From Candidatus Poribacteria bacterium (lineage in GTDB: Bacteria > Poribacteria > WGA-4E > WGA-3G): a DNA stretch of 64,000 nucleotides. The notes under the pieces were generated by a model. That model did not search any database, had not been told where the DNA came from, and saw only the letters and a program-made list of their open reading frames with translations. The DNA is taken from positions 5,056,001 through 5,120,000 of the forward strand of contig OZ251518.1 of NCBI GenBank assembly GCA_965242965.1, in the 5' to 3' direction. The position numbers and the translations under genes are program-made. The first letter of the stretch is position 1. The number at the start of each line of letters is the position of its first letter. Positions 41,054-50,730 of the stretch are shown here, piece after piece.

Positions 41054-41299
41054 CTACGCATTGAGTTTCTGCATGGCGGCAATCATCTCCTCGTCTGAGG
41101 GATTGCTTTCCACCATCTCAACGAACGCATCAGCGGTTAACTTGTGTTCCTCCAGGAACATCTTATCCTGCGGTCACGGGTAGATATACTCACCGATGAT
41201 GCCCTGCCGTTTCGCATTGGCTTTATCGGCAATTCGGGCTAACCACGGGATATTCCCGATGATCATATCCCGATGCCTCGGTTTCCAATCGAGTGACAT
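41054..41299 (-). CDS. DUF5069-like small protein, candidate selenoprotein (UGA = Sec at codon 42); not in ORF track
   Basis: AGGAGG RBS; MSLDWKPRHRDMIIGNIPWLARIADKANAKRQGIIGEYIYP[TGA]PQDKMFLEEHKLTADAFVEMVESNPSDEEMIAAMQKLNA*; TGA at 41174-41176 sits where I recall the family having YPCP. Confidence 0.8.
41145..41160 (-). promoter_or_regulatory. Putative bacterial SECIS hairpin
   Basis: UGUUCC-UGGA-GGAACA stem-loop; loop starts 19 nt after the UGA and has G at its second position. Confidence 0.65.
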
Positions 41300-41320
41300 G
41301 AATTTCACCTCCTTTCAGGT

Positions 41321-44300
41321 TTAGCGCGCGTTTTCCTCAAGTTGCCTCAAGGTTTGTTCTAAAAGTTCAAGATAACGGCCATATTCACCCCACTTCCCTG
41401 TCTGCTGCGCAGTTTGCGCCTGCTTAAAATAGCGATTCGCCTGCTCAACGAGTGCAGGCATGGACGTTTCGTCAGCAGACAGCGCGGGAACTTCTGTTCC
41501 GGGGCGCGTCGCCTCCGGCACAGCAGGAGTATCCACGCCGAACATCTTGATCAGTGCCTCGTCAAGGCTTTCACCCCAGACGACGCTCTCTTCGTAACCG
41601 ACAACAACACGCCGCAATTCCGGTATCGCTGTCTTCTCATCTTCCGATTGGATATAGATGGGTTCAACGTAAAGGAGCGAGTTGTTCATCGGCATAATCA
41701 GCAGATTGCCGCGGAGAACCCGCGAACCTTGCGTGTTCCAAAGGCTGATTTGCTGCGAGATATCGGGCTCTTGGCTGATAAAGTTTTCTACCTGCATCGG
41801 ACCGGATACCAATTTCCCCTTCGGGAAACGGTAGACGAGAAGCTGCCCGTATTGCGGAAGATCACACCGTGCCGCCAACCACGCTGTGAGATTCGGTTTG
41901 TTGCGCGGTGTAAACGGCAACATCAACATGAACTCCGCCTTCTCCTCGCCCGGCAGTTTGTTGACAACGTAGTAAGGTTCAACATCCTGCACGTTTGAAG
42001 GTGAACGTTGAACTACCTGAGGTTGCTGCGTAAACGGATTCGTTGACTGTGGCGGCGCGGGTTGCAGAAATTGCGGATCGGTGTTGTCATACAACTCCCT
42101 ACCGACTTCCCACTGGTCTTCGCCCGCATAGAATGTCACCGGATCGATCATGTGGTAATCCCTATAAACGTTCGCTTGGATAAGGAACATCCCCATCGGA
42201 TAGCGGATATGCGCCTTCAACTCCGCCGGCATCTCCGAAAACGGTTTGAAAAGATTCGGGAAAATCTTTTCGTAGCACGCCGCAATCGGGTCCTGCGCCT
42301 GAGCAACGTGGTAAAAGTTAACCGTGCCATCATACGCATCAACGACGACCTTCACCGAATTTCGGATGTAGTTCCCCCACGGCTCTCCATCGCGCTGGGT
42401 AGGCGGCACGGGCCCGAAAGTCCGCCGACGCGGTGTGAGCTCTCGCATGGACAGCGAATAGGGATACCGGTGCGTGACGGTATAAGCGTCAATCATCCAC
42501 ACGAGTCTGCCGTTGTGAAGGATAATGTAGGGATCTCCATCGTAGCGCAGGAAAGGTGCGATTTTACGAACGCGCTTCTTGATATTACGTTCATAAAGAA
42601 TCCGGCTCGTCGGCGTAATTTCGCCCGGCAAGATAATGTTGATTGCGTTATCAAACTTCAGCATGTAAACCAACTTGCGCCAGAACGACGCAAGCGGCAC
42701 CCCGCCTTTGCCTTGATACGCATTCGTGGCGTATTGCTGCCCCTCTTGCGGGTAATCGAACTCAAGCACGTTCTCACGCCGGTTCGGATGCACGATGACA
42801 TACCGGTCGGTGCGTTCACCATAGTAGATACGCGGACCCGGGTCATCGCTGAACCGGTGCGGCCAGTTATCCTCGTAGTCAATCGGCGGCAAGCCTTGGA
42901 TATACATATTCGGCTTGCCGTTATCGATCTCGTTGACAGGACTCAAAACCGCGCCATACCCGTGCGTATAGGTATAAGTCTGTTTATACCAATCGTTTCT
43001 AATTTCGGGCGGGAGTTCGTTGATGTTGAGTTCGCGCGCCGACAACATCACCTGCCGGATCTCGTCTCCAACCGCATATCTATCAATGTCAACATCGTAG
43101 AAGTCATATTGCGAACGCAATTCTTGCAGCTGCCGGAAGGTTCGGCGCAACGGCCGCCAATCCCAGAGACGAATGCTGTTAATCACCGCGGCATTGTCAG
43201 GCCCCGTGATGTCGCTGTAAGCGAGTTCCTCCGTGAGCGGATATTCCTGTTCTGTCACGGTATCCCCCTCTAACCCGTAAGCTTGGAGCGTCGCCTTGAT
43301 GTTATAGTTGATATAGTCTTTCTCCAACTCCTGTTTTTTCGGTTCAACCCGCCACGTCTGAACGAGCGTTGGGTAGAGTTGGCCGAGGATACCCGCCACG
43401 ATGAAGACTGCCAATCCGCCGAAGGCAAGCCTGTTTCGCCGCAAGAAGATGCTGATGAGGAATACCACAGCGCACAGCACTGTAAGCCCGAGCAGGAGAT
43501 ACAAAATCGGCAGGCGCGCTTTCATCGCCGCGTATCCGCCGCCAGCGCGCACCACATCGTTTGACGTATAGAGCAGGTCGAACATCGCGAACCGATAGTT
43601 CCACGCCCGGAAAAAGAGCGTGATGGCGACGAGGACGAACAGATGTGCCTTCACCGCAGGCGGCGGACGAAACTGAAGCTGGCTCGTATCGCCGGTGATG
43701 AGCCCATGAAAAAAATAGACGACGACAGAAAATAGCGTGACTAACAAGAACATCCCGAAGAACGTGCCGCAAATATACCGTTCCAGCGGCATCTTGAAGA
43801 CGTAGTAGGCGACATCCTTGCTGAAAATCGGGTCGCGAGCCATTGAGGTGAAAACCGCTTTCTGTCCTGCCTCTATCTGGATAGGCGTATCCAATTGGAG
43901 CGCGTTTTCTAGCACCGCTGCCACGCGCGCAGTCTGGCTATCTCCGCCATCAACTTGAACGTTGATTTCATCGCCGACTTGGAACTTCTTCGCCTGCGCT
44001 TCCAGCGGCGGGACCGGAATTTCGGTGGCATTGAGGGAGTCCTCTCCTGTGAGAATAGGCGTAGCCGACTGGAATTCCAGTCCATCGGCGTTCTGATAGC
44101 GCAACCAGAGTTCCCACCGGTCGCTGGCGGCATAACCCATGAAAATGCTGAAGAGGACCGCGAGCAGTGCCAACCCGCCGTAAATGAGTTGGCGCGTGTC
44201 GCTGCCACTTCCCAAGGAACCGCCGGTGAATTCCGTGCCGCCCATGAAAGCAGGGCTCAGATGCGCCGGTGTGAACCGATAGAGCAGCGCGAGGTTCGTC

Positions 44301-44500
44301 AAGAGAATTATCGCATAGACGACACCGACAATTATTCCCATGCCGAGTTGTGTCCAGAGGATTTTAGCGTAAACCCCGAGGTAGTTCACCATCTCGAACC
44401 AGAGGAAATCGGGATAGATGTTAATCCACGCGGCGAGACTGCCGACGAGCACCGCGAGAATGATAAATGTGATAATAGAACGTTTCATCCGTGAATCCAT
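41321..44500 (-). CDS. UPF0182 family membrane protein
   Basis: DFLWF, DPIFSKDVAYYVF, IRLWD, DVDIDRY, YTHGYG, PRIYYGE, NYIRNSVK, VLRGNLL, YVEPIY. Confidence 0.93.
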   Translation of the reverse strand: MDSRMKRSIITFIILAVLVGSLAAWINIYPDFLWFEMVNYLGVYAKILWTQLGMGIIVGVVYAIILLTNLALLYRFTPAHLSPAFMGGTEFTGGSLGSGSDTRQLIYGGLALLAVLFSIFMGYAASDRWELWLRYQNADGLEFQSATPILTGEDSLNATEIPVPPLEAQAKKFQVGDEINVQVDGGDSQTARVAAVLENALQLDTPIQIEAGQKAVFTSMARDPIFSKDVAYYVFKMPLERYICGTFFGMFLLVTLFSVVVYFFHGLITGDTSQLQFRPPPAVKAHLFVLVAITLFFRAWNYRFAMFDLLYTSNDVVRAGGGYAAMKARLPILYLLLGLTVLCAVVFLISIFLRRNRLAFGGLAVFIVAGILGQLYPTLVQTWRVEPKKQELEKDYINYNIKATLQAYGLEGDTVTEQEYPLTEELAYSDITGPDNAAVINSIRLWDWRPLRRTFRQLQELRSQYDFYDVDIDRYAVGDEIRQVMLSARELNINELPPEIRNDWYKQTYTYTHGYGAVLSPVNEIDNGKPNMYIQGLPPIDYEDNWPHRFSDDPGPRIYYGERTDRYVIVHPNRRENVLEFDYPQEGQQYATNAYQGKGGVPLASFWRKLVYMLKFDNAINIILPGEITPTSRILYERNIKKRVRKIAPFLRYDGDPYIILHNGRLVWMIDAYTVTHRYPYSLSMRELTPRRRTFGPVPPTQRDGEPWGNYIRNSVKVVVDAYDGTVNFYHVAQAQDPIAACYEKIFPNLFKPFSEMPAELKAHIRYPMGMFLIQANVYRDYHMIDPVTFYAGEDQWEVGRELYDNTDPQFLQPAPPQSTNPFTQQPQVVQRSPSNVQDVEPYYVVNKLPGEEKAEFMLMLPFTPRNKPNLTAWLAARCDLPQYGQLLVYRFPKGKLVSGPMQVENFISQEPDISQQISLWNTQGSRVLRGNLLIMPMNNSLLYVEPIYIQSEDEKTAIPELRRVVVGYEESVVWGESLDEALIKMFGVDTPAVPEATRPGTEVPALSADETSMPALVEQANRYFKQAQTAQQTGKWGEYGRYLELLEQTLRQLEENAR

Positions 44501-44546
44501 AAGTCTCCTATAAGCATTTTTAAGATAGACAGAGAACGAATCTAGT

Positions 44547-44604
44547 AGGTGCGGTTTGCAACCGCGCGGGCTTCAGTCAAGCGCGCGTTCCAAGCGCGCC
44601 TACC
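44547..44604. repeat. REP doublet (GCGCGGTT..AACCGCGC family)
   Basis: GTAGGTGCGGTTTGCAACCGCGC ... GCGCGTTCCAAGCGCGCCTAC. Confidence 0.7.
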
Positions 44605-44637
44605 AGTCCTTATACCTCTTGCCTGTGCCTCCTGCAT

Positions 44638-47604
44638 TCAAAAAGCTTGTCCTAACCCTAAATGGTATTTAAAACCGGGCTCCAATCGTGTCAAATCGGT
44701 ATTTCGCGCCGCGGCGAAGTCAATGGAAAACAGCCCCAGCTGCAAGCGCAGCCCTAACCCGAGCGATGCTTTCACATCGCCAAGCCGGATGCGGTTGTTC
44801 TCCCAGTGAAAAATCTCAAACGGATTGTCCGAACCGTACTGCCAGTCAGACCAGGCACCGCCAATATCGGCGAAGATAATCCCTCGGATGCCGCCAATTG
44901 TCCATTGGATAGGCCAGCCGAAATGGAGAATGTCGATAAACGGAATGCGCACCTCAGCGTTGAGCAAACCGATGCGTGTCCCGACAAACTCTTCATACTG
45001 ATACCCGCGGATAGTATCAATACCGCCGAGGTAGAAGTAGGAACGCGCGTCGCCGAAACTACCTCCCCATAAAAGCCGCAACGCCAGCGTTGAACGCCTG
45101 CCGAGGCTGAGATAGCGGCGCGCGTCAAAAACAACGTTCGTGAACGATAACTCGCTGCCAAGCGCGGGGAACGAACGTTCCACTTCCAAGCGATAGCGCG
45201 CGCCGGTATACGGATAGAACTCTCGCCACATCGTCGTATCCCCAACGAATGCCACCGAACCGACAGAAAGTAACCCGCGGTTATCGTAAGGATCCAGCGG
45301 TTCACTCGTCTGGAAGTTGAACAGAAATGGCTTGGTAAACATTGAGAAACCGAAGTCAATCCGGCGATACCGGTCAAACGGATAGGAGAGATACCCACCC
45401 ATCCCAGTAATTCGTTGTAAAATGCCGCGGCGACTCCGAATCGCACCTAACACATGGTATTCATGATAGTTGTAGACGCTCGCGCCCATATCGGCGCGAT
45501 GCGTCAGGAGGCCATATTGCGCGATGAAATTTGGCGCAAGATAGGCGGACTGATTCATCACTTGGATGCCAATGCGATGGTTGCCCAACATATCGCTACC
45601 GATAATCTGCACGCTGCTTCGGAGGAGGCCATCTGCACCGAAACTGAAATCGGGAAAAATGGCATCTAATGCGAAGGACGAGCGCGTGCTGTATTTGCGC
45701 TTGGAAACCCGAAAGAGGGGTGCCTCGTCGCGCTCACTGTCCACTTCAACAACCTCGGTTATCGGCATCTGTTCCTCAACCGGCTCGTCAACGGATTTCG
45801 TCATGTCCATGACACAGACATCGTATTTGCCGTTCTGATACGCCGTAAACAGCAAGGATTTTCCATCAGGCGACAGACTCGGATTGAAACAGCCTGTCAT
45901 CATGTTTGTGAGCCGCGTGAGTCGGTTTCCATCGTCCGCAAGTGCCAATTTATAGACATCGTAAACACCCTGCCGGTCCTCGCAGTAGATAAGCGCGTCG
46001 CCATCTTGCGCCCAGGTGGGACTAATCGCGTTGAACTCGCCATCGGTGAGCAACCGTTCGGTTTTACGCGCTGCAGGCTCGGTGACATCAAGCAGCACGA
46101 GCCGATTTTTTGGCCCGCGTTCGGAGGCATAGACAACCTGGTCCTTCTCCGGATGCCAAGACGGATGCGTATCGTTAAAGACATCATTCGTCAGCGGCGT
46201 GATTTCGCCGGTAGACAAGTGAATAATAAAGAGATCTGTCTGTCCTTCCTTCAAGGCGGAAAAGACGATGCGTTCGCCATCGCCATCGTAATCCGGCGAG
46301 GCGATGTTGTCAAACTCCACATTTTCATAATCAAGTTTGAAGTAGTGCGTAATCTCCCGCGTCAGAATATCCACCTCAATCAGGTAGTTGGCGTGGTGAT
46401 GCTTTGCGACAAAGGCGATTCTGTCACCATCGGGTGCCCACGCGAGACTCCGGCCGAACCCGCTGAAGTCTGTCCGAATCTCCTCGTATTTGTTGCGAAA
46501 AAACTTTCTGGTTATCCGATGCAGCCGTTCCCCTGTCTTCGCGGACATAAGGACAATCTCAAGGAAACCGTCATTCCCGGTGACATAAGCGATGATGTCC
46601 CCACTTGGTGCCCAGACGGGCTTGATGTTATGCGAGTATTTCGCCGCCGCTGTCAAATTCTTTGAAACCAGGTCTGGCAGTTCGCGTTCCTGTATGAGAG
46701 GCCAATAACGTTTGCGCACCGTCTGCCGCCACGCCTTGTCAAAATCCTCTAGGGAGACATTGAGGACTTCGCGGAAAACCTTGTCCAAGTCTTTCGTGCG
46801 GCTTTGGCGTAGCCCTTGCAAGATATCGGCGATTTTCTCGCGGCCGTAAGTCTCGCAGAGATACGCAACCGCGAGTTGGCCCAGTTTATACCCAATGAAC
46901 GGGGAAGTGAGGCGGTTGAAATTATGCAACTGCGTGAGCGGGACGATGTTGTTATTGATGCTGGCATCCCGCAGCACCATTTCGCCGATAGCGTCGTTAT
47001 CCTCGGCGAAGTAATCCGCCATCCCCTCAATAAACCAGATAGGCGCGGAGTAGAGGAACTCGCCGCTATAGATGCGCATGTGCGGTTTCTGATAGATAAT
47101 ATCGTATTGAAAGACATGGATGAGCTCATGGAAAATCACCTCACGAAACGCCGCAATCGAACCCGTAAACGGGATAACGACGCGGTGTTTGAAGAGCTCA
47201 GCGAACCCACCGATGCCTTCGTGGAGTTCCTGCAGGATGATGTTCGTCTCCTGAAAATCCCGATGCGACTTGTAAAGGATGAGCGGTGTCCTGTCCTGCA
47301 ACTCGTGTTCAAAATCTTCGCTGTGCTTTTCGTAAGCTTCCTCGGCGATGGATGCCATAAGCGGCACGAGCTTTGCTTCACTCGGATAATAGTGGATGTC
47401 AAAGTGCTCCGTGCGGTGAACGTGCCAATCGAAGCGTTGCCCAGTAATCTTGTTTTTCCCGAAGCCTTGCCCCCAAGCCGTCGTCGCTTGCATTAGGACG
47501 AACAGGAGAACAATAGACACTGGTAGGCGCGCGTTCCAAACCGCGCCTCCCTGACTCGTGCCGCGTTCACCCTGAGGCTGTTGTGTTTTCGTCAAATATC
47601 TCAT
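44638..47604 (-). CDS. Omp85/BamA-TamA family outer-membrane protein with N-terminal peptidase-MA (gluzincin) domain and TolB/PD40 propeller
   Basis: FGKNKI, HELIH plus WFIEGMA, WAPDG/PSWHP repeats, LGGIDTIRGY, C-terminal GQAF. Confidence 0.88.
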   Translation of the reverse strand: MRYLTKTQQPQGERGTSQGGAVWNARLPVSIVLLFVLMQATTAWGQGFGKNKITGQRFDWHVHRTEHFDIHYYPSEAKLVPLMASIAEEAYEKHSEDFEHELQDRTPLILYKSHRDFQETNIILQELHEGIGGFAELFKHRVVIPFTGSIAAFREVIFHELIHVFQYDIIYQKPHMRIYSGEFLYSAPIWFIEGMADYFAEDNDAIGEMVLRDASINNNIVPLTQLHNFNRLTSPFIGYKLGQLAVAYLCETYGREKIADILQGLRQSRTKDLDKVFREVLNVSLEDFDKAWRQTVRKRYWPLIQERELPDLVSKNLTAAAKYSHNIKPVWAPSGDIIAYVTGNDGFLEIVLMSAKTGERLHRITRKFFRNKYEEIRTDFSGFGRSLAWAPDGDRIAFVAKHHHANYLIEVDILTREITHYFKLDYENVEFDNIASPDYDGDGERIVFSALKEGQTDLFIIHLSTGEITPLTNDVFNDTHPSWHPEKDQVVYASERGPKNRLVLLDVTEPAARKTERLLTDGEFNAISPTWAQDGDALIYCEDRQGVYDVYKLALADDGNRLTRLTNMMTGCFNPSLSPDGKSLLFTAYQNGKYDVCVMDMTKSVDEPVEEQMPITEVVEVDSERDEAPLFRVSKRKYSTRSSFALDAIFPDFSFGADGLLRSSVQIIGSDMLGNHRIGIQVMNQSAYLAPNFIAQYGLLTHRADMGASVYNYHEYHVLGAIRSRRGILQRITGMGGYLSYPFDRYRRIDFGFSMFTKPFLFNFQTSEPLDPYDNRGLLSVGSVAFVGDTTMWREFYPYTGARYRLEVERSFPALGSELSFTNVVFDARRYLSLGRRSTLALRLLWGGSFGDARSYFYLGGIDTIRGYQYEEFVGTRIGLLNAEVRIPFIDILHFGWPIQWTIGGIRGIIFADIGGAWSDWQYGSDNPFEIFHWENNRIRLGDVKASLGLGLRLQLGLFSIDFAAARNTDLTRLEPGFKYHLGLGQAF

Positions 47605-48386
47605 TGGACCAGGTACCTGTCCTCGCGTTCGTAGTGCGGCGAAATGCTGCGCGTAAATTCGGCAATCGCGCGCCGGCTAAGCTCTCTCAGCGTGTTTTCC
47701 TGCGGCCCGGCCTGTGAAAAGATGAAGGAGCCGAGGGTATGTGCTTCCGCGGTGCCACGCCGATATGTCTCGTCCCAAATAATCTTCTCTGTCTCCACAT
47801 CAATAATTAGGATACGCAGCGTCAAAAAATAGGTTTTCTGCATGTAATCCTGATAGTTCATGACATACCGCTGCCGTTGGACAGAGTAGCGTTCGCCATA
47901 ATAGCGTCTCGGCCGGCTATCGGTGTCAAACCGGTAGTTTCCGATGATAACCGCTTTCACCTCAAAATATTTGCCGAGTTGACTGAGATGTTCGGTATCG
48001 GTGAGCCATTCTTCGGAGATGGTTTCACCGGTGAGGAGACGCGTTGTCTCCTGCGTGCTGACTACCTCAAAATGCTTTTGGCGCGCGAGCCCGCGGCGGA
48101 GGATAGAAGCGACTTCCGTACCGATGCGCTGCGGCAGTGCCTCGTCACGTGAAACGCTGGCAGACTGCACAAAAGGCAAAACGGCGAAGTTAGAATAGCG
48201 GGTAATGTCAATCTCAGATTGAACCTTCACCGGAATAGAGACGCGCGTGATTGTGCGGCCACACCCGCACCAGAACAGCCCTATGAGCCCTATGAGGACT
48301 ACGAGGACTATGCCGAGGCACGCGCTGACCGGGAAACCGCGTCTACCACTCCTCTTCAGGGGCAAATTCCAATTGTTCGTCTCCAT
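47601..48386 (-). CDS. Membrane-anchored CsgG/LpoB/TolB-N-like protein
   Basis: TM helix followed by GCG; FAVLPF, FEVV, IIDVETEKIIW. Confidence 0.65.
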   Translation of the reverse strand: METNNWNLPLKRSGRRGFPVSACLGIVLVVLIGLIGLFWCGCGRTITRVSIPVKVQSEIDITRYSNFAVLPFVQSASVSRDEALPQRIGTEVASILRRGLARQKHFEVVSTQETTRLLTGETISEEWLTDTEHLSQLGKYFEVKAVIIGNYRFDTDSRPRRYYGERYSVQRQRYVMNYQDYMQKTYFLTLRILIIDVETEKIIWDETYRRGTAEAHTLGSFIFSQAGPQENTLRELSRRAIAEFTRSISPHYEREDRYLVQ

Positions 48387-48750
48387 CTTCCGGAATCCCT
48401 CTTCGGCGGACATGTATCCGGCACCGCCGATAGTTCAGTCGATAATATTGATTATCCGGCGCGAGTTCGGTTGCGCGCTGATAAGCGGCAATAGCATCGT
48501 CAGTCTTGCCGAGTGCCTCGTAAGCGACACCGAGGTTGTTGTATGCCTTGGCGTTAGTCGGTTCCATCACGACTACCTGTTGCCATCGGAAAATCGCCTC
48601 GTTCCATAATTCTGCCTGCGCAGCTCTTATCGCAAAACGGTTGTAGTCTGAGACGCGCGTCCTATCGCGCGATGTCGCGCAGCCTAACAGCGTCAGTAAT
48701 GTAACCGCGGATATGAGCACAAATACGTTCTGCTTTAACAATTTTATCAC
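48343..48750 (-). CDS. TPR lipoprotein
   Basis: LLGC lipobox; NAKAYNNLGVAYEALG...AYQRATELAP. Confidence 0.85.
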   Translation of the reverse strand: MIKLLKQNVFVLISAVTLLTLLGCATSRDRTRVSDYNRFAIRAAQAELWNEAIFRWQQVVVMEPTNAKAYNNLGVAYEALGKTDDAIAAYQRATELAPDNQYYRLNYRRCRIHVRRRGIPEDGDEQLEFAPEEEW

Positions 48751-48869
48751 CTCAATATAGATATTTTACACGGATTCACATTTTTTGTCAAGAAAAATGC
48801 GTTTTATTTTTTTTGTGAAAATGCTATTCCCTGTCGATAGGGGGGATTTCTACAGCGCAATGCCTTTCC

Positions 48870-49862
48870 CGGTAGGCGAGACCTCCGCGCAATCCGACGC
48901 TCGCGGGGGCCTGTCTCCCGCGCTACGGTGAAAAAAAACGTGCCGCGGCCCGTAGGGCGAGGGCCTGTCCCTCGCCATGCCTCGATCGGGGAAACGGCCT
49001 TTGTCGGCGTGCGTTTTTCGCGCAGGTCGAACGATCGCGGTAAAAAAAGCGTGCCGTTTACCGTAGGGCGAGGGCCTGTCCCTCGCCGTGCCTCGATCGG
49101 AACGAGAAACGGCGTTAGTCGGTGTGCGTTTTTCGCGCAGATCGAACGCTCGCGGGGGACAGGCCCCCGCGCTACGATGAAAAAACGTGCCGCTTACCGT
49201 AGGGCGAGGGCCTGTCCCTCGCCGTGCCTCGATCGGGAGGGAAACGGCCTTGGTTGGTGGACGATTTTCGCGGAGATCGGGCGATCGCGGGGGACAGGCC
49301 CCCGCGCTACGGGCCCGGAAGGGGTTCGTCTCGCCATGTGCCGTTCGGGAGCAGGTGCTCCCGAACTACAGTCTCCTATAGGTCCGTAGGACCTTAATGT
49401 CTATAGCACGCGCAGCCCGCCAAGTCAGCAAGGTCCTTTAGGACCTTAATGTTTTCCTGCGGCGGTGCGTGTGCTGTCTATTAAGGACCTAAAGGACCTT
49501 AGCGTTTTTTTTCGGTCGGGATTACTATAGACATGCAGGTCCTAACGGACCTGAAGAGGTTTTTTCACGGGTGCAATCGCGGGGGCCTGTCCCCCGCGCT
49601 GCGGTTAAAAAAAACGTGCCGTTTCCCGTAGGGCGAGGGCCTGTCCCTCGCCATGCTATCGGAATGGAAACGGCGTTGGTTGGCGTGAGTTTTTCGCGCG
49701 GGTCGAACGATCGCGGGGGACAGGCCCCCGCGCTACGGTAGATGAGGCGGCCTCGCTCTTGACCCGTTCGGGAGCGGGCACTCCCGAACTACAGTCTCCT
49801 CAAGGTCCGGAGGACCTTAATGTCTATAGCACATGCAGACAGCCAAGTCCTCAAGGTCCGTT
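48870..49862. repeat. ~1-kb multi-family repeat mosaic
   Basis: Many GTAG-REPs, GTTCGGGAG..CTCCCGAACTAC hairpins and AGGTCC/GGACCT elements. Confidence 0.85.
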
Positions 49863-49931
49863 CGGGTTTGAGCAGGCGCGTCTTATAGAGGTGATACGAC
49901 TGTTTTCGGCGCGAGAGTGAACTAGCGGCCG

Positions 49932-50597
49932 TCACTCTGGTAACTGATACCCTTGCTCGGCAAACTTCTCTAAATACTTCTCCCACATCCGTTCCACAAA
50001 ATCCGGCGTTTCAGCGAGTATTTCTTCACTCTCTGGCGGTAATTGATCCACCAACCCGGCACGGAGTTCCGATAAGAATTTCCGTTGCTCCTCTGGCGAG
50101 AGCGTGTTCAGATGTTCAACAAGCGCGGCAATAGCCAGATCTGCCGTTTGCTCTGCCTGGCGGTTGAGCTCCTCGGACGCGGCGCGGGCACTGTCCGCAG
50201 CTGCCGCATCGGCTGCTGCCTCTTCGGCTGCCTCTTGCTTCTTTATCCGAGCTTCCTCCAATAACTGGGTATGGGATACCTCTTCTTCCGATTCAGACGC
50301 ATCTTTCTGGGAAGTGACAGATTCGGCATCGGCATCATTCCGCACGCTGTCGGCTTCTTCAGTTTCAACACTTGACTCGGGTGCGTCGCGGCGTGTTTCC
50401 ACTACGGGTGCCGATTTCTCCGAGGTTGTTGACTTCGCCGGTGTCGCGCTATACGTTTTCGTCTCCGATGCCATCCGCTTCGCCTGACGCGGCCGGAGAT
50501 ACCCGTAATAGACAGCAGCGGCGATAGCGCACAAAACGAGTGCAGAAAAAATATAGATACCCCCTTTGCGTTGCGGGGAACGTTGCCTCGCATTCAT
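49932..50597 (-). CDS. Membrane-anchored acidic hypothetical protein
   Basis: AAGGAG RBS, single N-terminal TM, low-complexity linker, helical C-terminus. Confidence 0.75.
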   Translation of the reverse strand: MNARQRSPQRKGGIYIFSALVLCAIAAAVYYGYLRPRQAKRMASETKTYSATPAKSTTSEKSAPVVETRRDAPESSVETEEADSVRNDADAESVTSQKDASESEEEVSHTQLLEEARIKKQEAAEEAAADAAAADSARAASEELNRQAEQTADLAIAALVEHLNTLSPEEQRKFLSELRAGLVDQLPPESEEILAETPDFVERMWEKYLEKFAEQGYQLPE

Positions 50598-50730
50598 AAA
50601 AGTCTCCTTTTTCGGTTATGAGTTCCTTCGCACTTCGGATTCGCCCGGCAAATGCTAGCCGGACACACCTTTCACAGCCACCCCTGACCGCGGCACGCGC
50701 GGACAGGGATGAACTATAGGCGACCACTCA

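Noticed and set aside
50598-50730. c-di-GMP-I riboswitch
   Set aside because: Only superficial GAAA and CCGG resemblance; the conserved GCAAA elements are not evident, so it is kept only as an unnamed structured spacer.
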